The notes under the pieces are model-generated. The model had not been told where the DNA came from. It saw nothing but the letters and a program-made list of their open reading frames with translations, and did no database searches. A stretch of DNA of 64,000 nucleotides from a virus (taxonomy: Duplodnaviria > Heunggongvirae > Uroviricota > Caudoviricetes), in IMG/VR virus record IMGVR_UViG_2703718777_000015; one strand, 5' to 3'. This document shows positions 42,734 to 52,687 of the stretch, in pieces. Position numbers and translations under genes: made by a program. Every line of letters begins with the position of its first letter. Position 1 is the first letter of the stretch.

Positions 42734-44323
42734 ATGTCTCAATATTCAATTCAACAGTCATTAGGTAATGCATCCGGCGTCGCGGTTAGCCCGATCAATG
42801 CCGATGCGACGTTATCTACCGGTGTTGCATTAAATAGCAGCTTGTGGGCTGGTATTGGCGTATTTGCGCGTGGCAAGCCGTTTACTGTTCTGGCGGTTAC
42901 TGAGTCCAATTACGAAGATGTTCTCGGCGAACCGCTGAAGCCGTCTTCCGGCTCACAGTTCGAACCAATTCGTCATGTGTACGAAGCTATTCAGCAAACG
43001 TCTGGTTATGTTGTTCGTGCTGTTCCGGATGATGCGAAGTTCCCGATTATTATGTTCGATGAATCAGGCGAACCAGCTTACAGTGCGTTGCCATACGGTT
43101 CTGAAATTGAACTTGATAGCGGCGAAGCCTTTGCTATCTACGTTGATGATGGTGATCCGTGTATTTCACCTACCCGTGAGTTAACCATCGAAACGGCAAC
43201 AGCGGACAGCGCAGGTAATGAACGCTTCCTCTTAAAACTGACCCAGACGACTTCGCTCGGTGTGGTAACGACCCTGGAGACACACACTGTGTCTTTGGCG
43301 GAAGAAGCGAAAGATGACATGGGCCGCTTGTGTTATCTGCCTACGGCTCTGGAAGCCCGTTCTAAATATCTGCGCGCGGTTGTTAATGAAGAGCTGATTT
43401 CGACCGCGAAAGTAACAAATAAAAAATCACTGGCGTTCACTGGCGGTACCAACGGCGATCAGTCGAAAATCTCCACCGAAGCCTACCTACGTGCGGTTAA
43501 AGTGCTGAATAATGCGCCGTACATGTACACCGCTGTTCTTGGCCTGGGCTGCTATGACAATGCGGCTATCACCGCATTAGGTAAAATCTGTGCAGATCGC
43601 CTGATTGATGGCTTCTTTGATGTCAAACCGACATTGACGTACACGGAAGCGATCTCTGCTGTTGAAGATACCGGTTTACTTGGTACCGATTATGTAAGCT
43701 GTGCTGTCTATCACTTCCCGTTCTCCTGCAAAGACAAATGGACCCAATCCCGTGTGGTCTTCGGTCTGTCTGGCGCGGCGTATGCGGCGAAAGCTCGCGG
43801 CGTCAAGAAAAACTCTGATGTCGGCGGTTGGCATTACTCACCGGCTGGTGAAGAACGTGCCGTCATTGCTCGTGCGTCAATTCAACCGCTGTATCCGGAA
43901 GATACCCCGGACGAAGAAGCAATGGTCAAGGGCCGTCTCAATAAAGTATCTGTTGGCACCTCTGGCCAGATGATCATCGACGATGCTTTAACTTGCTGCA
44001 CGCAGGATAACTATCTGCACTTCCAGCACGTCCCATCCCTGATGAATGCAATCAGCCGTTTCTTTGTCCAGTTAGCCCGCCAGATGAAGCATAGCCCTGA
44101 CGGTATTACTGCCGCTGGTCTGACTAAAGGGATGACCAAACTTTTGGATCGCTTTGTCGCCTCCGGCGCTCTGGTGGCTCCTCGTGATCCTGATGCTGAC
44201 GGTACAGAACCGTATGTGCTGAAAGTTACGCAGGCGGAATTCGATAAATGGGAAGTAGTCTGGGCCTGCTGCCCGACTGGCGTAGCCCGTCGTATCCAGG
44301 GCGTACCGCTGCTTATTAAGTAA
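42734..44323 (+). CDS. contractile tail sheath protein
   Basis: 529 aa; GGWHYSPAGEERA resembles the conserved sheath W(M)SPAG motif of T4 gp18. Confidence 0.65.
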   Translation: MSQYSIQQSLGNASGVAVSPINADATLSTGVALNSSLWAGIGVFARGKPFTVLAVTESNYEDVLGEPLKPSSGSQFEPIRHVYEAIQQTSGYVVRAVPDDAKFPIIMFDESGEPAYSALPYGSEIELDSGEAFAIYVDDGDPCISPTRELTIETATADSAGNERFLLKLTQTTSLGVVTTLETHTVSLAEEAKDDMGRLCYLPTALEARSKYLRAVVNEELISTAKVTNKKSLAFTGGTNGDQSKISTEAYLRAVKVLNNAPYMYTAVLGLGCYDNAAITALGKICADRLIDGFFDVKPTLTYTEAISAVEDTGLLGTDYVSCAVYHFPFSCKDKWTQSRVVFGLSGAAYAAKARGVKKNSDVGGWHYSPAGEERAVIARASIQPLYPEDTPDEEAMVKGRLNKVSVGTSGQMIIDDALTCCTQDNYLHFQHVPSLMNAISRFFVQLARQMKHSPDGITAAGLTKGMTKLLDRFVASGALVAPRDPDADGTEPYVLKVTQAEFDKWEVVWACCPTGVARRIQGVPLLIK

Positions 44324-44332
44324 GGGAATACA

Positions 44333-45148
44333 ATGAGCAAAAACTTTTTTCAATCCGGGGCATTTTTGGGGAATGGACTGTCTCGTTTCGCTTTGAACTC
44401 TGATCCTGTGCAGTTGATGGAGTCTGCCCGAGCAAGCGCCGAACCGACAACAGATCCGGTTATTAATAATAATCCGGAACCGGCGGCACAGACTAACGAT
44501 AACGTTCCATCTGCCACGGCTCCTGAGCAAATCCTGGAAGGGAAAGACGGTAAAGAATGGACCGTCGAACAGGCGCACCAGATGATTCTGGAAGCTGCAA
44601 ATCGAAGTGCTATGCAGAATGCGTTGAGTGATGCGGCCGACGCCGTTTTCGCCTGGGCTGATAGCGGTGATCTGACTTTCGACTCCCTTGATGGTTTCGT
44701 TCAGGCTATCGCTGGTATCTCTGATGACGACGACTCCGAAGTTACAGAAGAACAGGACGATGCCTATAACGAAGCATGGGCAAATGTTGCTGACTTCCTC
44801 GCAGCATGCGGTGTAGATGATGATCTGATCGAAGCACTGGCTGACGATGAAGACGACGACGCAGCTGCTGATGTTGGTGCCTCTATCGCTGGTTTAGATA
44901 GCGACGACCGCGACGAACTGGAAGCGGCGTTTGTTGTTGCTGGCACTTCTGATGAAATGCTGACTGAAGCATTTAAGAAGGTTGTTCGTAACGGTGAGAT
45001 CAAACTCATCCGTAAACGCCTGCGTAAAAAACGTCTGACTGCGGCTCAAAAATCGGCGCTGAAAAAAGCGCGTCGAAAAGCCCAGACCGGCGCGGCAAAA
45101 CTTGCCCGCAAAAAGTCAATGAAACTGCGCCGTAAGCGCCTTGGCTAA
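44333..45148 (+). CDS. hypothetical protein: acidic Asp/Glu-rich body with poly-Lys/Arg C-terminal tail
   Basis: DDDDSEVTEEQDD...ADDEDDDAAAD then RKRLRKKRL...KLRRKRLG. Confidence 0.6.
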   Translation: MSKNFFQSGAFLGNGLSRFALNSDPVQLMESARASAEPTTDPVINNNPEPAAQTNDNVPSATAPEQILEGKDGKEWTVEQAHQMILEAANRSAMQNALSDAADAVFAWADSGDLTFDSLDGFVQAIAGISDDDDSEVTEEQDDAYNEAWANVADFLAACGVDDDLIEALADDEDDDAAADVGASIAGLDSDDRDELEAAFVVAGTSDEMLTEAFKKVVRNGEIKLIRKRLRKKRLTAAQKSALKKARRKAQTGAAKLARKKSMKLRRKRLG

Positions 45149-45183
45149 AGGAGGAGGCCGGAGAACTCCGGCCTTTAACTTGA

Positions 45184-45765
45184 ATGGCTCCTATAGCTTA
45201 TGGGGTTTACAGCCAGGCTGACGGTGTATCGCCATATCTGAAAGTTACTTTAACGAACTCTCAGTACCAGGTTACCGGATATATCAGCCAGGGGGCAGCA
45301 ATGAACATGGCCCAGAATTGGGAAGCGCCGTTTACCGGTATGTCCATGGGGTCTGTTTCTGGTGCTCTGGGTGGTTTTGTGCAAGTAGGTACTGAAACAA
45401 CGTCGGTTGCCCGTTGGAATAGCTTAATGGTTTGGGAAGGGGGGACACCGCCGACGTTCACGCTGCCCGTAACTTTCATTGCTTTGAACAATCCATTCAT
45501 TGAAGTTTCAGGCGCTATCGCCGCGTTGACAGCCATGATTAGCCCGGAACTAAAAGCGGCCAATGTTGGTGGTCGAATCCCGGAGCGTGTGACGCTAAAC
45601 ATTGGTCGCCGGATCAACATCACCGATGTCGCTATCCAGGACTTAAGTTTTGATCTCGATGCGCCAAGGGACAGTAATGGATATTTCCTGAAAAACACCG
45701 TCAACCTCCAGTTGACCGGTTCTTCGATATATAACAGCTCCGATATTGTTCGGGCGTTCCAGTAA
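45184..45765 (+). CDS. hypothetical tail structural protein (193 aa)
   Basis: Between sheath and tube-like genes. Confidence 0.5.
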   Translation: MAPIAYGVYSQADGVSPYLKVTLTNSQYQVTGYISQGAAMNMAQNWEAPFTGMSMGSVSGALGGFVQVGTETTSVARWNSLMVWEGGTPPTFTLPVTFIALNNPFIEVSGAIAALTAMISPELKAANVGGRIPERVTLNIGRRINITDVAIQDLSFDLDAPRDSNGYFLKNTVNLQLTGSSIYNSSDIVRAFQ

Positions 45766-45776
45766 AAGGATTTTAT

Positions 45777-46286
45777 ATGGGGCACAATAACACTAAGGGA
45801 AACCGTAAATTTATTAAGGGCCGCTATACTGCCAACGCGGCCAAAGGCGAACGACTGGTATCTTCTGAATTCCAGCTCACTTTTGCAGGCCATGAAGATA
45901 TCAGCGTACTGGTTCGCACGTCGCAAATCCCTGAAATGACTCGCGAGGATGTGGAAGACTATGGTCCGAATGGTGTGAAGTTCAACCAGCACGGACCAAT
46001 TCGAAACTCTGGGGAAATCCAGGTCCAGTGCGTGGAGACTATCGAAGGCGATATTCTTCAGTTCATCAAGGATCGCATTGCGGCGAAGGACTATGTTGAT
46101 ATCACGATGGCTGCTACCCCTGAATCCAAATCTTCCGGGGTTAACGCTGTGACAAAAGCTGCTACAACAATTGAAATGTTGGACTGCAAAATCTACAGTG
46201 ATGCAATCGACTTTAGTACCGAAGATGTGACTGCCGCTGTGCGTCCGTCACTTCGTATCGTCTACAACTGGATTGAGTGGGATTAA
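45777..46286 (+). CDS. candidate tail tube protein (T4 gp19-like)
   Basis: 169 aa; C-terminal ...IVYNWIEWD loosely resembles gp19 ...LALDYWE; followed by strong terminator. Confidence 0.4.
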   Translation: MGHNNTKGNRKFIKGRYTANAAKGERLVSSEFQLTFAGHEDISVLVRTSQIPEMTREDVEDYGPNGVKFNQHGPIRNSGEIQVQCVETIEGDILQFIKDRIAAKDYVDITMAATPESKSSGVNAVTKAATTIEMLDCKIYSDAIDFSTEDVTAAVRPSLRIVYNWIEWD

Positions 46287-46305
46287 GAGTCATCCCTTGT
46301 ATTTT

Positions 46306-46330
46306 AAAGCTCCTTCGGGAGCTTTTTTTA
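46306..46330 (+). terminator. intrinsic terminator
   Basis: aaagctcc-ttcg-ggagcttt then TTTTT. Confidence 0.75.
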
Positions 46331-46457
46331 TAACTATTTTATATAAACATGCATCGATAACATTGTCTGGAGTTTTATGCTAGATTATTAATGTTCTAAT
46401 AAACTACAAGTATTGAGGTAGATGTTTGTGCCTGTACTGTTAAAGGGGGACTCTAAA

Positions 46458-47054
46458 ATGGCTGTGATTCCAATGTCGTACTCCCCGGGTACTGTCGCTC
46501 GTCGATTTTCGATCCTGGACGGCGTTACCATCCAGGGTGTGCTTTACCAGGTTATATGGGATTCCAAAACCCCATTTGCAGCTGTAATAGAGGCTGCGCC
46601 TTCTGTTATCGATGGTGATATGCGGCATAAGGTTGTCGCTACTCTTGAACTTCAACGTCGCCCGCAGCTTGAAGGCGTACTTGTAAGGAAGTTCTGGGAG
46701 GATAGCGATGTTGCCCAGATTGAAGGTATCGTGGTTGATGGAATCGTCCGGGATGTCGGTTTAGCCACTTTTGTTTACGAAACCGTAGCCTCAAAAGCTG
46801 GTGTTGTTTTGCTCAGTGATAATGAGCAATACGAAGGTGGAAAAGCTCTTTGGCAACACATCGCCCGTCGCTCATCCGAGCTAAAAGTGTTTATCCTCGA
46901 CACCGATGCCGCTCAGTATTACCCGTTTGACGGCGAACGTGTTTGCTATGACGGGGTAAGTATTCCTGAATCCGAGATATGGAGTGAACACCCAGATCGA
47001 AGTAAGCATGGGGTTGTTCTGGTTGCTGAATCCATAACTGGAAAGGCGGCATAG
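46458..47054 (+). CDS. hypothetical protein (198 aa)
   Basis: AAGGGGG upstream of ATG. Confidence 0.5.
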   Translation: MAVIPMSYSPGTVARRFSILDGVTIQGVLYQVIWDSKTPFAAVIEAAPSVIDGDMRHKVVATLELQRRPQLEGVLVRKFWEDSDVAQIEGIVVDGIVRDVGLATFVYETVASKAGVVLLSDNEQYEGGKALWQHIARRSSELKVFILDTDAAQYYPFDGERVCYDGVSIPESEIWSEHPDRSKHGVVLVAESITGKAA

Positions 47055-47236
47055 CAGTAAAAAATTCCTTGCTCCTTGACAGAGGAGAGGATTAATCTAA
47101 GTACGCTAAGCATAGGTATGGCCCCGGTTAATGTTAAGCGTTGTGCGGGACGCATAATGTTTACTGGGGCTTTCTTCTATCTGCTTTTCGGGTAATACCT
47201 GAAGCTGATAGCCCCAAGCACACCGCAGCGGGTGTA

Positions 47237-47482
47237 TCAATGTCTGGTTTTTTTTCTATAGAAATCACCTGGAAGGGTGAATATCCACATCAGAAGAAAT
47301 GTTGCAGCAAACATGATCCCTAATGGCCAGACCGCGCCAAAGAAAATCCATACTAAGATCTCCTCTGCTTGTTCTTTGCGGTCGATATCGACAAGCATTT
47401 TTCGGCTGATCATGTATACACAGAAGCCAATACAAACATATCCTGCAAAAGCGATCGCTAACTGTAAAAAATCAGATTGCAT
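47237..47482 (-). CDS. small two-TM membrane protein (81 aa)
   Basis: GAGG upstream; hydrophobic helices; half C1-operator-like site 47518-47531 upstream. Confidence 0.45.
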   Translation of the reverse strand: MQSDFLQLAIAFAGYVCIGFCVYMISRKMLVDIDRKEQAEEILVWIFFGAVWPLGIMFAATFLLMWIFTLPGDFYRKKTRH

Positions 47483-47532
47483 CTCCGACCTCAAACTGAA
47501 AACGCCAGGTGACTCCAGATTAGAGCAATCTA

Positions 47533-48378
47533 TCACCCTCTGAATCCTGCAGGTATACCCCATTGTTCGTTATCTTTATTTTTGGCTAAAACCGCATTAA
47601 GAGCTTCGTTTACCGTCATGCAATGCGGCAGATTATCGAAGTTTGATACCCCGCCAATATCAGGTGAACGCTTGTTCTTCAGGTAAGCATATTTCCGCGC
47701 TGCCGCCTCTACTTTCTGCTTGAACTCATGTTTTTGAGCGCGTTTTTTGGATAACCGCAGATTGTCAGCCTTTGCTTTTGCCTCAGCGATCCATGAAGTC
47801 AATTTTTTGAGTCTGGTCGTTCCGGCACCGCCGGAAACTGATCTTTTTGTTTTTTTAACTTGTGACTTCTTATTCTTTATTACCACGTCATCCTGACAGG
47901 GGGAGGGGGTATCATTTTGACATGGGGGTGTGGATAAAAAATTAAATAAAGCCAATGTCTTAGCGAGAACAGCTTTAACCTTGGTTGCCGCTGAAGAGAT
48001 CTTTAATTTGCTTTCAATCAGCGCATTTTTGGCTTGTTGTGCGAAGGCCAAAAAGGATGGCGTAAACCGGTACAGGTTAGCGCGACGTTCACGGTGATCG
48101 CCGATAACAATCTCTACAGACAGAATTCCTTTGTTTACAGCTTCACGGAATGCACGAACGACGGTTGATTGGCTATAACCAGTTTCTGCCGCGATCAGGC
48201 GGTGAGGCTTGTGAATGAAGTATTCACTGGTTGTTGCCGCGAGATTTGCACATTGCGACAGGATATGCCCGGCGCTACGGGATAGACCGGAGTGTGTTAC
48301 AAAGCAGGCCAATTCATAGCCAGAAAAAGTAAAATCGCTCATCGTTATACAGCTCAGGAAAGTGACTTTAGCCAGCAT
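47533..48378 (-). CDS. repL: lytic replication initiator (P1 RepL-like)
   Basis: 281 aa directly downstream of kilA under a C1 operator. Confidence 0.6.
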   Translation of the reverse strand: MLAKVTFLSCITMSDFTFSGYELACFVTHSGLSRSAGHILSQCANLAATTSEYFIHKPHRLIAAETGYSQSTVVRAFREAVNKGILSVEIVIGDHRERRANLYRFTPSFLAFAQQAKNALIESKLKISSAATKVKAVLAKTLALFNFLSTPPCQNDTPSPCQDDVVIKNKKSQVKKTKRSVSGGAGTTRLKKLTSWIAEAKAKADNLRLSKKRAQKHEFKQKVEAAARKYAYLKNKRSPDIGGVSNFDNLPHCMTVNEALNAVLAKNKDNEQWGIPAGFRG

Positions 48379-48407
48379 TACAATGCTGGTGGTTCTTACT
48401 ACGTCTG

Positions 48408-49208
48408 TTAGCGCGTTGCCGCGACAGGTACCAGCACACCAGCATCAAGCAATCGCTTCATCAGCCACTGCTGACCTTTGCCGGTTATACGAGTCGTGAA
48501 AGAAATCCTGCTTCCATTGCTTGTATCGATCACGGTTTCTTTAAGGGTGAAATACCCACGGGATATGTATTCTTGTTTGGGGACGTTCCTGCGTTCACCG
48601 GTTGCGATCAGAATTCCGTTATCACGCAACCAGGTGAAGAGATAGTTTTGGCCCAGGCCGAGCACTTTGGCATAGTTGCCGATTAGAACTCCGCTGGCGG
48701 TAGCAACGCGTTCGGCGAATTCGACTTTAGGTGCATCCATAAGCATTTTTTGCTCCAGCCGTTGCTTTTGCTCTGCCAGGTCGGCAGCCAAACGGAGAGC
48801 TTCAGGGAGACTCTGCGGAATAGCAGGTTGTAATCTTCCGGCTCGATAGTCGATAAATGTCTGGTTTACCTTCAGCCGAAACGCGGGAGAAATCCAGCCT
48901 GCGTACTCCACAGCGAGCAATTCATGGGCAAAAGTGCCGCCGCCACGGCCTTCGAAAGAAACTATGCAATTCTGCATAGTTTCTTTTTCAAGCTCTTCGA
49001 TGAGCTGTTTGGCTGACAGCGTTCTTAGCCATTGAGCTGGCGCTTTATGGGCACCGAGTCCGCTCGCTCTGTGTAGAGCATTAAGGTTGTAACGGCCAGC
49101 GCGGTCGGTCGTAATTTCAACACCACAAATAACAGGCAGAGTGGTTGAAGGATCGACATTTTGATGAAGGTTTGATATATTCATATCCGCATTGAATGTT
49201 TGTTGCAT
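48408..49208 (-). CDS. kilA: KilA (KilA-N domain with C-terminal antirepressor/KilAC domain)
   Basis: 266 aa; C-terminal domain shared with neighbouring antirepressor (LPEALRLAA.LAEQK...GKGQQWL). Confidence 0.75.
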   Translation of the reverse strand: MQQTFNADMNISNLHQNVDPSTTLPVICGVEITTDRAGRYNLNALHRASGLGAHKAPAQWLRTLSAKQLIEELEKETMQNCIVSFEGRGGGTFAHELLAVEYAGWISPAFRLKVNQTFIDYRAGRLQPAIPQSLPEALRLAADLAEQKQRLEQKMLMDAPKVEFAERVATASGVLIGNYAKVLGLGQNYLFTWLRDNGILIATGERRNVPKQEYISRGYFTLKETVIDTSNGSRISFTTRITGKGQQWLMKRLLDAGVLVPVAATR

Positions 49209-49277
49209 TTTTTCTCCAAATTTGCATCAACCTTCAATCACCAGCTCGAAATGGTGATTCTTTGCACTTAGAAAACG

Positions 49278-49294
49278 AAATTTATTAGAGCAAA
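49278..49294 (-). promoter_or_regulatory. C1 repressor operator (16/17) controlling kilA-repL
   Basis: Minus strand TTTGCTCTAATAAATTT about 75 bp upstream of kilA. Confidence 0.7.
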
Positions 49295-49371
49295 TTTTTC
49301 TGGCCCGATCCAGATCGGGTTGGTCGATCTGCTCAGAAACCTGCCAGTTTGCTGGCAGGTTTTTTCTTTTG

Positions 49372-50415
49372 TTAACCTATTGCTACTGGTTTTAACAAAC
49401 CAGCATCAAGTAGCTTGCGAGTTAACCACTGCTGGCCTTTACCCGTTAATTGGGGCGTCAGCCGTATCTGGTAGCCATTTTCATCATCCAGCACCACTTC
49501 TTTCACCGTGAAATACCCGGCGTTAATGTACTGCTGGCGCGGTACGTTTTTGCGCGCACCAAAAGCCATGAGAATGCCGTTCTGGCGCAACCATGAGAAA
49601 AGGGCGTTTTGCTTAAGTCCAACGACCTTTGCAAAGTTCCCGATCAGGATTCCATTAGCCACTGATACCCGGTCGGCAAAATCGACTTTAGGGGCTGCGG
49701 CCACCAGCTGTTGTTCCAGCTGCATTTTCTGTTCTGCCAACTCGGCAGCCAGGCGTAGAGCTTCTGGTAATGTTTGGGGGATCGATGGGGCAGGGGAGTT
49801 TGCCTGCTGCAATTCTTCCAGTTTGTCGATCAGCGAACGGCGGACCGCTTTCGATTCGCGAGCAGCAACGCGCAGGGCTTGTTTGTAGGTCATGGTTATG
49901 ACCTCAAAAGAGCGCCCAGCCCTTGTGCCATGGGATTTTACGAAAGTTTCGTAAAATTCCCCATCAAGTTCATCCTTAATTCTATTGAGAAAATCGTTAT
50001 TACGGATCTCATTTTCCCCACATAGCTTGCGCGCCTCATTAACCATCTTTAACAGCGTCTGGCTGTCGATTGTGTCTCCAGTGTTGGAGATAACATTCAC
50101 AGCTGGTGATGGCGTAGCTGAAGCAACAGATTCTGGTTTTTTAACATTCAAATTATTACTGGTCATTCTATGTGCCTCCTTTCTCATTTCTGCTGCCACC
50201 GTTGCGTAACGTAGACGTCCTTGTTCAATCAAATAATCCCTGATCTCGGCTATCAGTAGCTTGTTGATCACAGCCTTATCTGTTCGGGTATAAAAACGTC
50301 TGGTTATCATGAAATAGTTGGCAATTGTGCCGGGGATCTCCCGTGTCGGCATACAGATTGTATGCAAGGCGATCGCTTCGGCTATTTCATTACGGGTGAC
50401 GAGAGGTGTTTTCAT
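49372..50415 (-). CDS. antirepressor (Ant-like, C-terminal KilAC/Bro-C domain)
   Basis: 347 aa; C-terminal domain paralogous to KilA C-terminus; preceded by icd-like ORF and c4-like RNA. Confidence 0.7.
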   Translation of the reverse strand: MKTPLVTRNEIAEAIALHTICMPTREIPGTIANYFMITRRFYTRTDKAVINKLLIAEIRDYLIEQGRLRYATVAAEMRKEAHRMTSNNLNVKKPESVASATPSPAVNVISNTGDTIDSQTLLKMVNEARKLCGENEIRNNDFLNRIKDELDGEFYETFVKSHGTRAGRSFEVITMTYKQALRVAARESKAVRRSLIDKLEELQQANSPAPSIPQTLPEALRLAAELAEQKMQLEQQLVAAAPKVDFADRVSVANGILIGNFAKVVGLKQNALFSWLRQNGILMAFGARKNVPRQQYINAGYFTVKEVVLDDENGYQIRLTPQLTGKGQQWLTRKLLDAGLLKPVAIG

Positions 50416-50633
50416 AACCCCCCCTGAACGTCGGCAGAGAAGGGGAGGTTCCAGTAACTAAGTGAATTGCGCGAGTTAGTAGAAAAACGGGCAGTAAAAA
50501 TGCAGGGACCATCAGGCAATTGAGAGCGTGCTTCGTCTTCAGTTGCTGCGATAACGAAGTGATAGTGGTGTTTTTTACAGGAATAGAAACGCCAGATGAA
50601 TTCTGGGCGTGCGCAAGGATTGGCATTAACCAT
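50412..50633 (-). CDS. icd: Icd-like small protein overlapping the antirepressor start
   Basis: 73 aa; ATGA overlap with ant; RBS embedded in antisense target a2. Confidence 0.55.
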   Translation of the reverse strand: MVNANPCARPEFIWRFYSCKKHHYHFVIAATEDEARSQLPDGPCIFTARFSTNSRNSLSYWNLPFSADVQGGL

Positions 50634-50689
50634 AGTTACGGCCTCACAATCAGGTTTAACAACCTGCTACCCGCTGTCAAACAGGTGGC

Positions 50690-50768
50690 AGGACGTGACA
50701 GGGTTGACAGACTGGCGATTGTGAAACCAGCAGGCCGAAGCCTCCCCATCACGCCCCACCATAATTTG
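50690..50768 (-). ncRNA. c4: c4-type antisense repressor RNA (boundaries approximate)
   Basis: Transcript carries a' CACAATC and b' CTGTCAAC, complementary to GATTGTG / GTTTGACAG copies upstream (50829-50851) and at the icd RBS (50645-50681). Confidence 0.55.
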
Positions 50769-50947
50769 GGCGTAACGCGGTTTAACGGACACAAAAATAC
50801 CGCAATATCGGAAATCTGCGGTTGTCCGCACAATCATTCAGGCTGTCAAACCTGGTCGCAGAATTTGCTACGACGGCAGAACTATAAGCCTGAACGATTA
50901 AAAGGTCAATATGATGCGAAAAGATAGCATTCGTGACTTAAAAATAC

Positions 50948-50964
50948 AAATTTATTAGAGCATT
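50948..50964 (-). promoter_or_regulatory. C1 repressor operator (16/17) heading the c4-icd-ant immunity operon
   Basis: Minus strand AATGCTCTAATAAATTT. Confidence 0.65.
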
Positions 50965-51060
50965 GCTTGTTTAATAAATGCACAATTGGATCTAATAACC
51001 TCTTTTTTTTAAAGGCGAAAATATGTACCCTAAATGAGTTATAAGGCAGGTGAGGTTATA

Positions 51061-51699
51061 ATGAGAAAACTATTACTACCGTTATTATTTATGGCTGGGA
51101 CTGTTAATGCTGCATCAAGTGTAAAGGAGATTTGTACCGACTACACGAAATACCTTGGGCACGTTTACGGTTTCACTGTCAGTCAAGACGGCAAGATGAA
51201 AAAAGCTCTCCAGAATGATATGACGCGCTTAAGTTTGTCTGAAGCAATGGTTCAGCAAGAAATGTATAAGGTTGCGACAGATGATGCTGCAAAAATGTAT
51301 TATTCGAAATTTCTTAATCCTAATCTTAATGAATATAACCGTTCGGCTTTTAATCAGATGGTAGCGTATTGTGAAACTGCACCAGATATGATGATTCCTA
51401 GTTGGGCTGTATTAGTGGCTAATGGAAAAATTCGCAAAGAAGACCAAGGAAAATCTTTAAGTAGCTATATAAATAGCGAACAATTTCTGAATGCGCGTGG
51501 CATGCGCACTCAAAATACTCAAGGTGCGCTTGAGCGGAGGGCTTTAGGGACCGTTGATGCAAATGATACTGATAATTTGCCCCCTGGAATAAAAAAATGT
51601 GTTGAAACTAAGTTAACTCTGATGAAGCGGGACAGCCCTAACATTCCTGTTTCACAACTTACCGCTACGGCAACTAGTCTCTGCAAAGACGGGCTTTAA
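51061..51699 (+). CDS. secreted hypothetical protein (signal peptide), AT-rich island gene 1
   Basis: MRKLLLPLLFMAGTVNAASS signal peptide; visibly AT-rich codons. Confidence 0.6.
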   Translation: MRKLLLPLLFMAGTVNAASSVKEICTDYTKYLGHVYGFTVSQDGKMKKALQNDMTRLSLSEAMVQQEMYKVATDDAAKMYYSKFLNPNLNEYNRSAFNQMVAYCETAPDMMIPSWAVLVANGKIRKEDQGKSLSSYINSEQFLNARGMRTQNTQGALERRALGTVDANDTDNLPPGIKKCVETKLTLMKRDSPNIPVSQLTATATSLCKDGL

Positions 51700-51763
51700 A
51701 TGTAAAGATATTCGAAGAAATGTTATTTTAAGGCGTTTTATCTGTGACTGGAGATAGTTAATC

Positions 51764-52114
51764 ATGTCATCTGAACATGTTCGTAAAGGTGTAACAAATG
51801 CGAAATTCAATGAAGAGCAATCTAATATTCTCTTTATTGAAATAGGAATTCTGTCAATACTGATAGGTTTAATGTCTAAATCATGGTGGGCCTTTGGCGG
51901 TTCTTTTCTTGGACTGATTTTTAGTTTAAGAATAAAATTTCTGGCAATACCATTGATGATTGTCTTTAGCTTAGTATGGGGAGCTATTGGCTATAGTATT
52001 GGTACTTTGTTTGAATCAACAGCAGCAAGTATTGTTTTGGGGGTAATTGCTTTCCTGAGTGGCTTGGGTACTCATTTTGCTGCCGTGCAATGGGCAAATG
52101 ATATTGCAGAATAA
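51764..52114 (+). CDS. small integral membrane protein (3 TM), island gene 2
   Basis: Three hydrophobic helices. Confidence 0.6.
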   Translation: MSSEHVRKGVTNAKFNEEQSNILFIEIGILSILIGLMSKSWWAFGGSFLGLIFSLRIKFLAIPLMIVFSLVWGAIGYSIGTLFESTAASIVLGVIAFLSGLGTHFAAVQWANDIAE

Positions 52115-52136
52115 TTACAGATAAGAAGCGAAAAGA

Positions 52137-52613
52137 ATGAATATGAGATGGTTTTTATTATTTGTATCGTTAGTTTCAGCAGGATCATTTGCAAAAATTG
52201 ATCCTCTACAATGGAATGTAATTGAAGAGAGAGGGGGAAGAGAATATACAATCCATAATCATAATGGTGATAAGATAAGTTTTTTATGTGATATGGGATT
52301 CATGTATGGTTCACCAGATAGTGCAGGTAGTTTAGGCTTGTTGCTAAGTTCGTCGAATAATAAAAAGGAGTATAATGCTGACAAGAATAAAATAGTATTA
52401 ACTATAGATGGTGAGCAATATCCTTTTAGCAATCTTGGGTCAATGGTTGGAGATTCTTGGTGGTATGCCTTTTGGCAAGATGCAGCAGATTCAAATGCTA
52501 ATATGATTGATGCTTATGTTGACAATGAAAAAATTGCTACATTCCCTCTTTCTGGGCTAAGTAAGTTGTATCAACAAGCCAAAATGGATGGATGTATTAA
52601 ACGAGGCAAATGA
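52137..52613 (+). CDS. secreted hypothetical protein (signal peptide), island gene 3
   Basis: MNMRWFLLFVSLVSAGSFA signal peptide. Confidence 0.6.
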   Translation: MNMRWFLLFVSLVSAGSFAKIDPLQWNVIEERGGREYTIHNHNGDKISFLCDMGFMYGSPDSAGSLGLLLSSSNNKKEYNADKNKIVLTIDGEQYPFSNLGSMVGDSWWYAFWQDAADSNANMIDAYVDNEKIATFPLSGLSKLYQQAKMDGCIKRGK

Positions 52614-52687
52614 TCTTTCTGTGTTAAAGACTAACGCAACCAATAAAACATTGGTTGCGTAATATTCTATTATATAGATGGAATAAT

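Noticed and set aside
46340-46410. C1-operator-like sequence tgttctaataaact upstream of gene 46458
   Set aside because: Too many mismatches to the 17-bp consensus to call.
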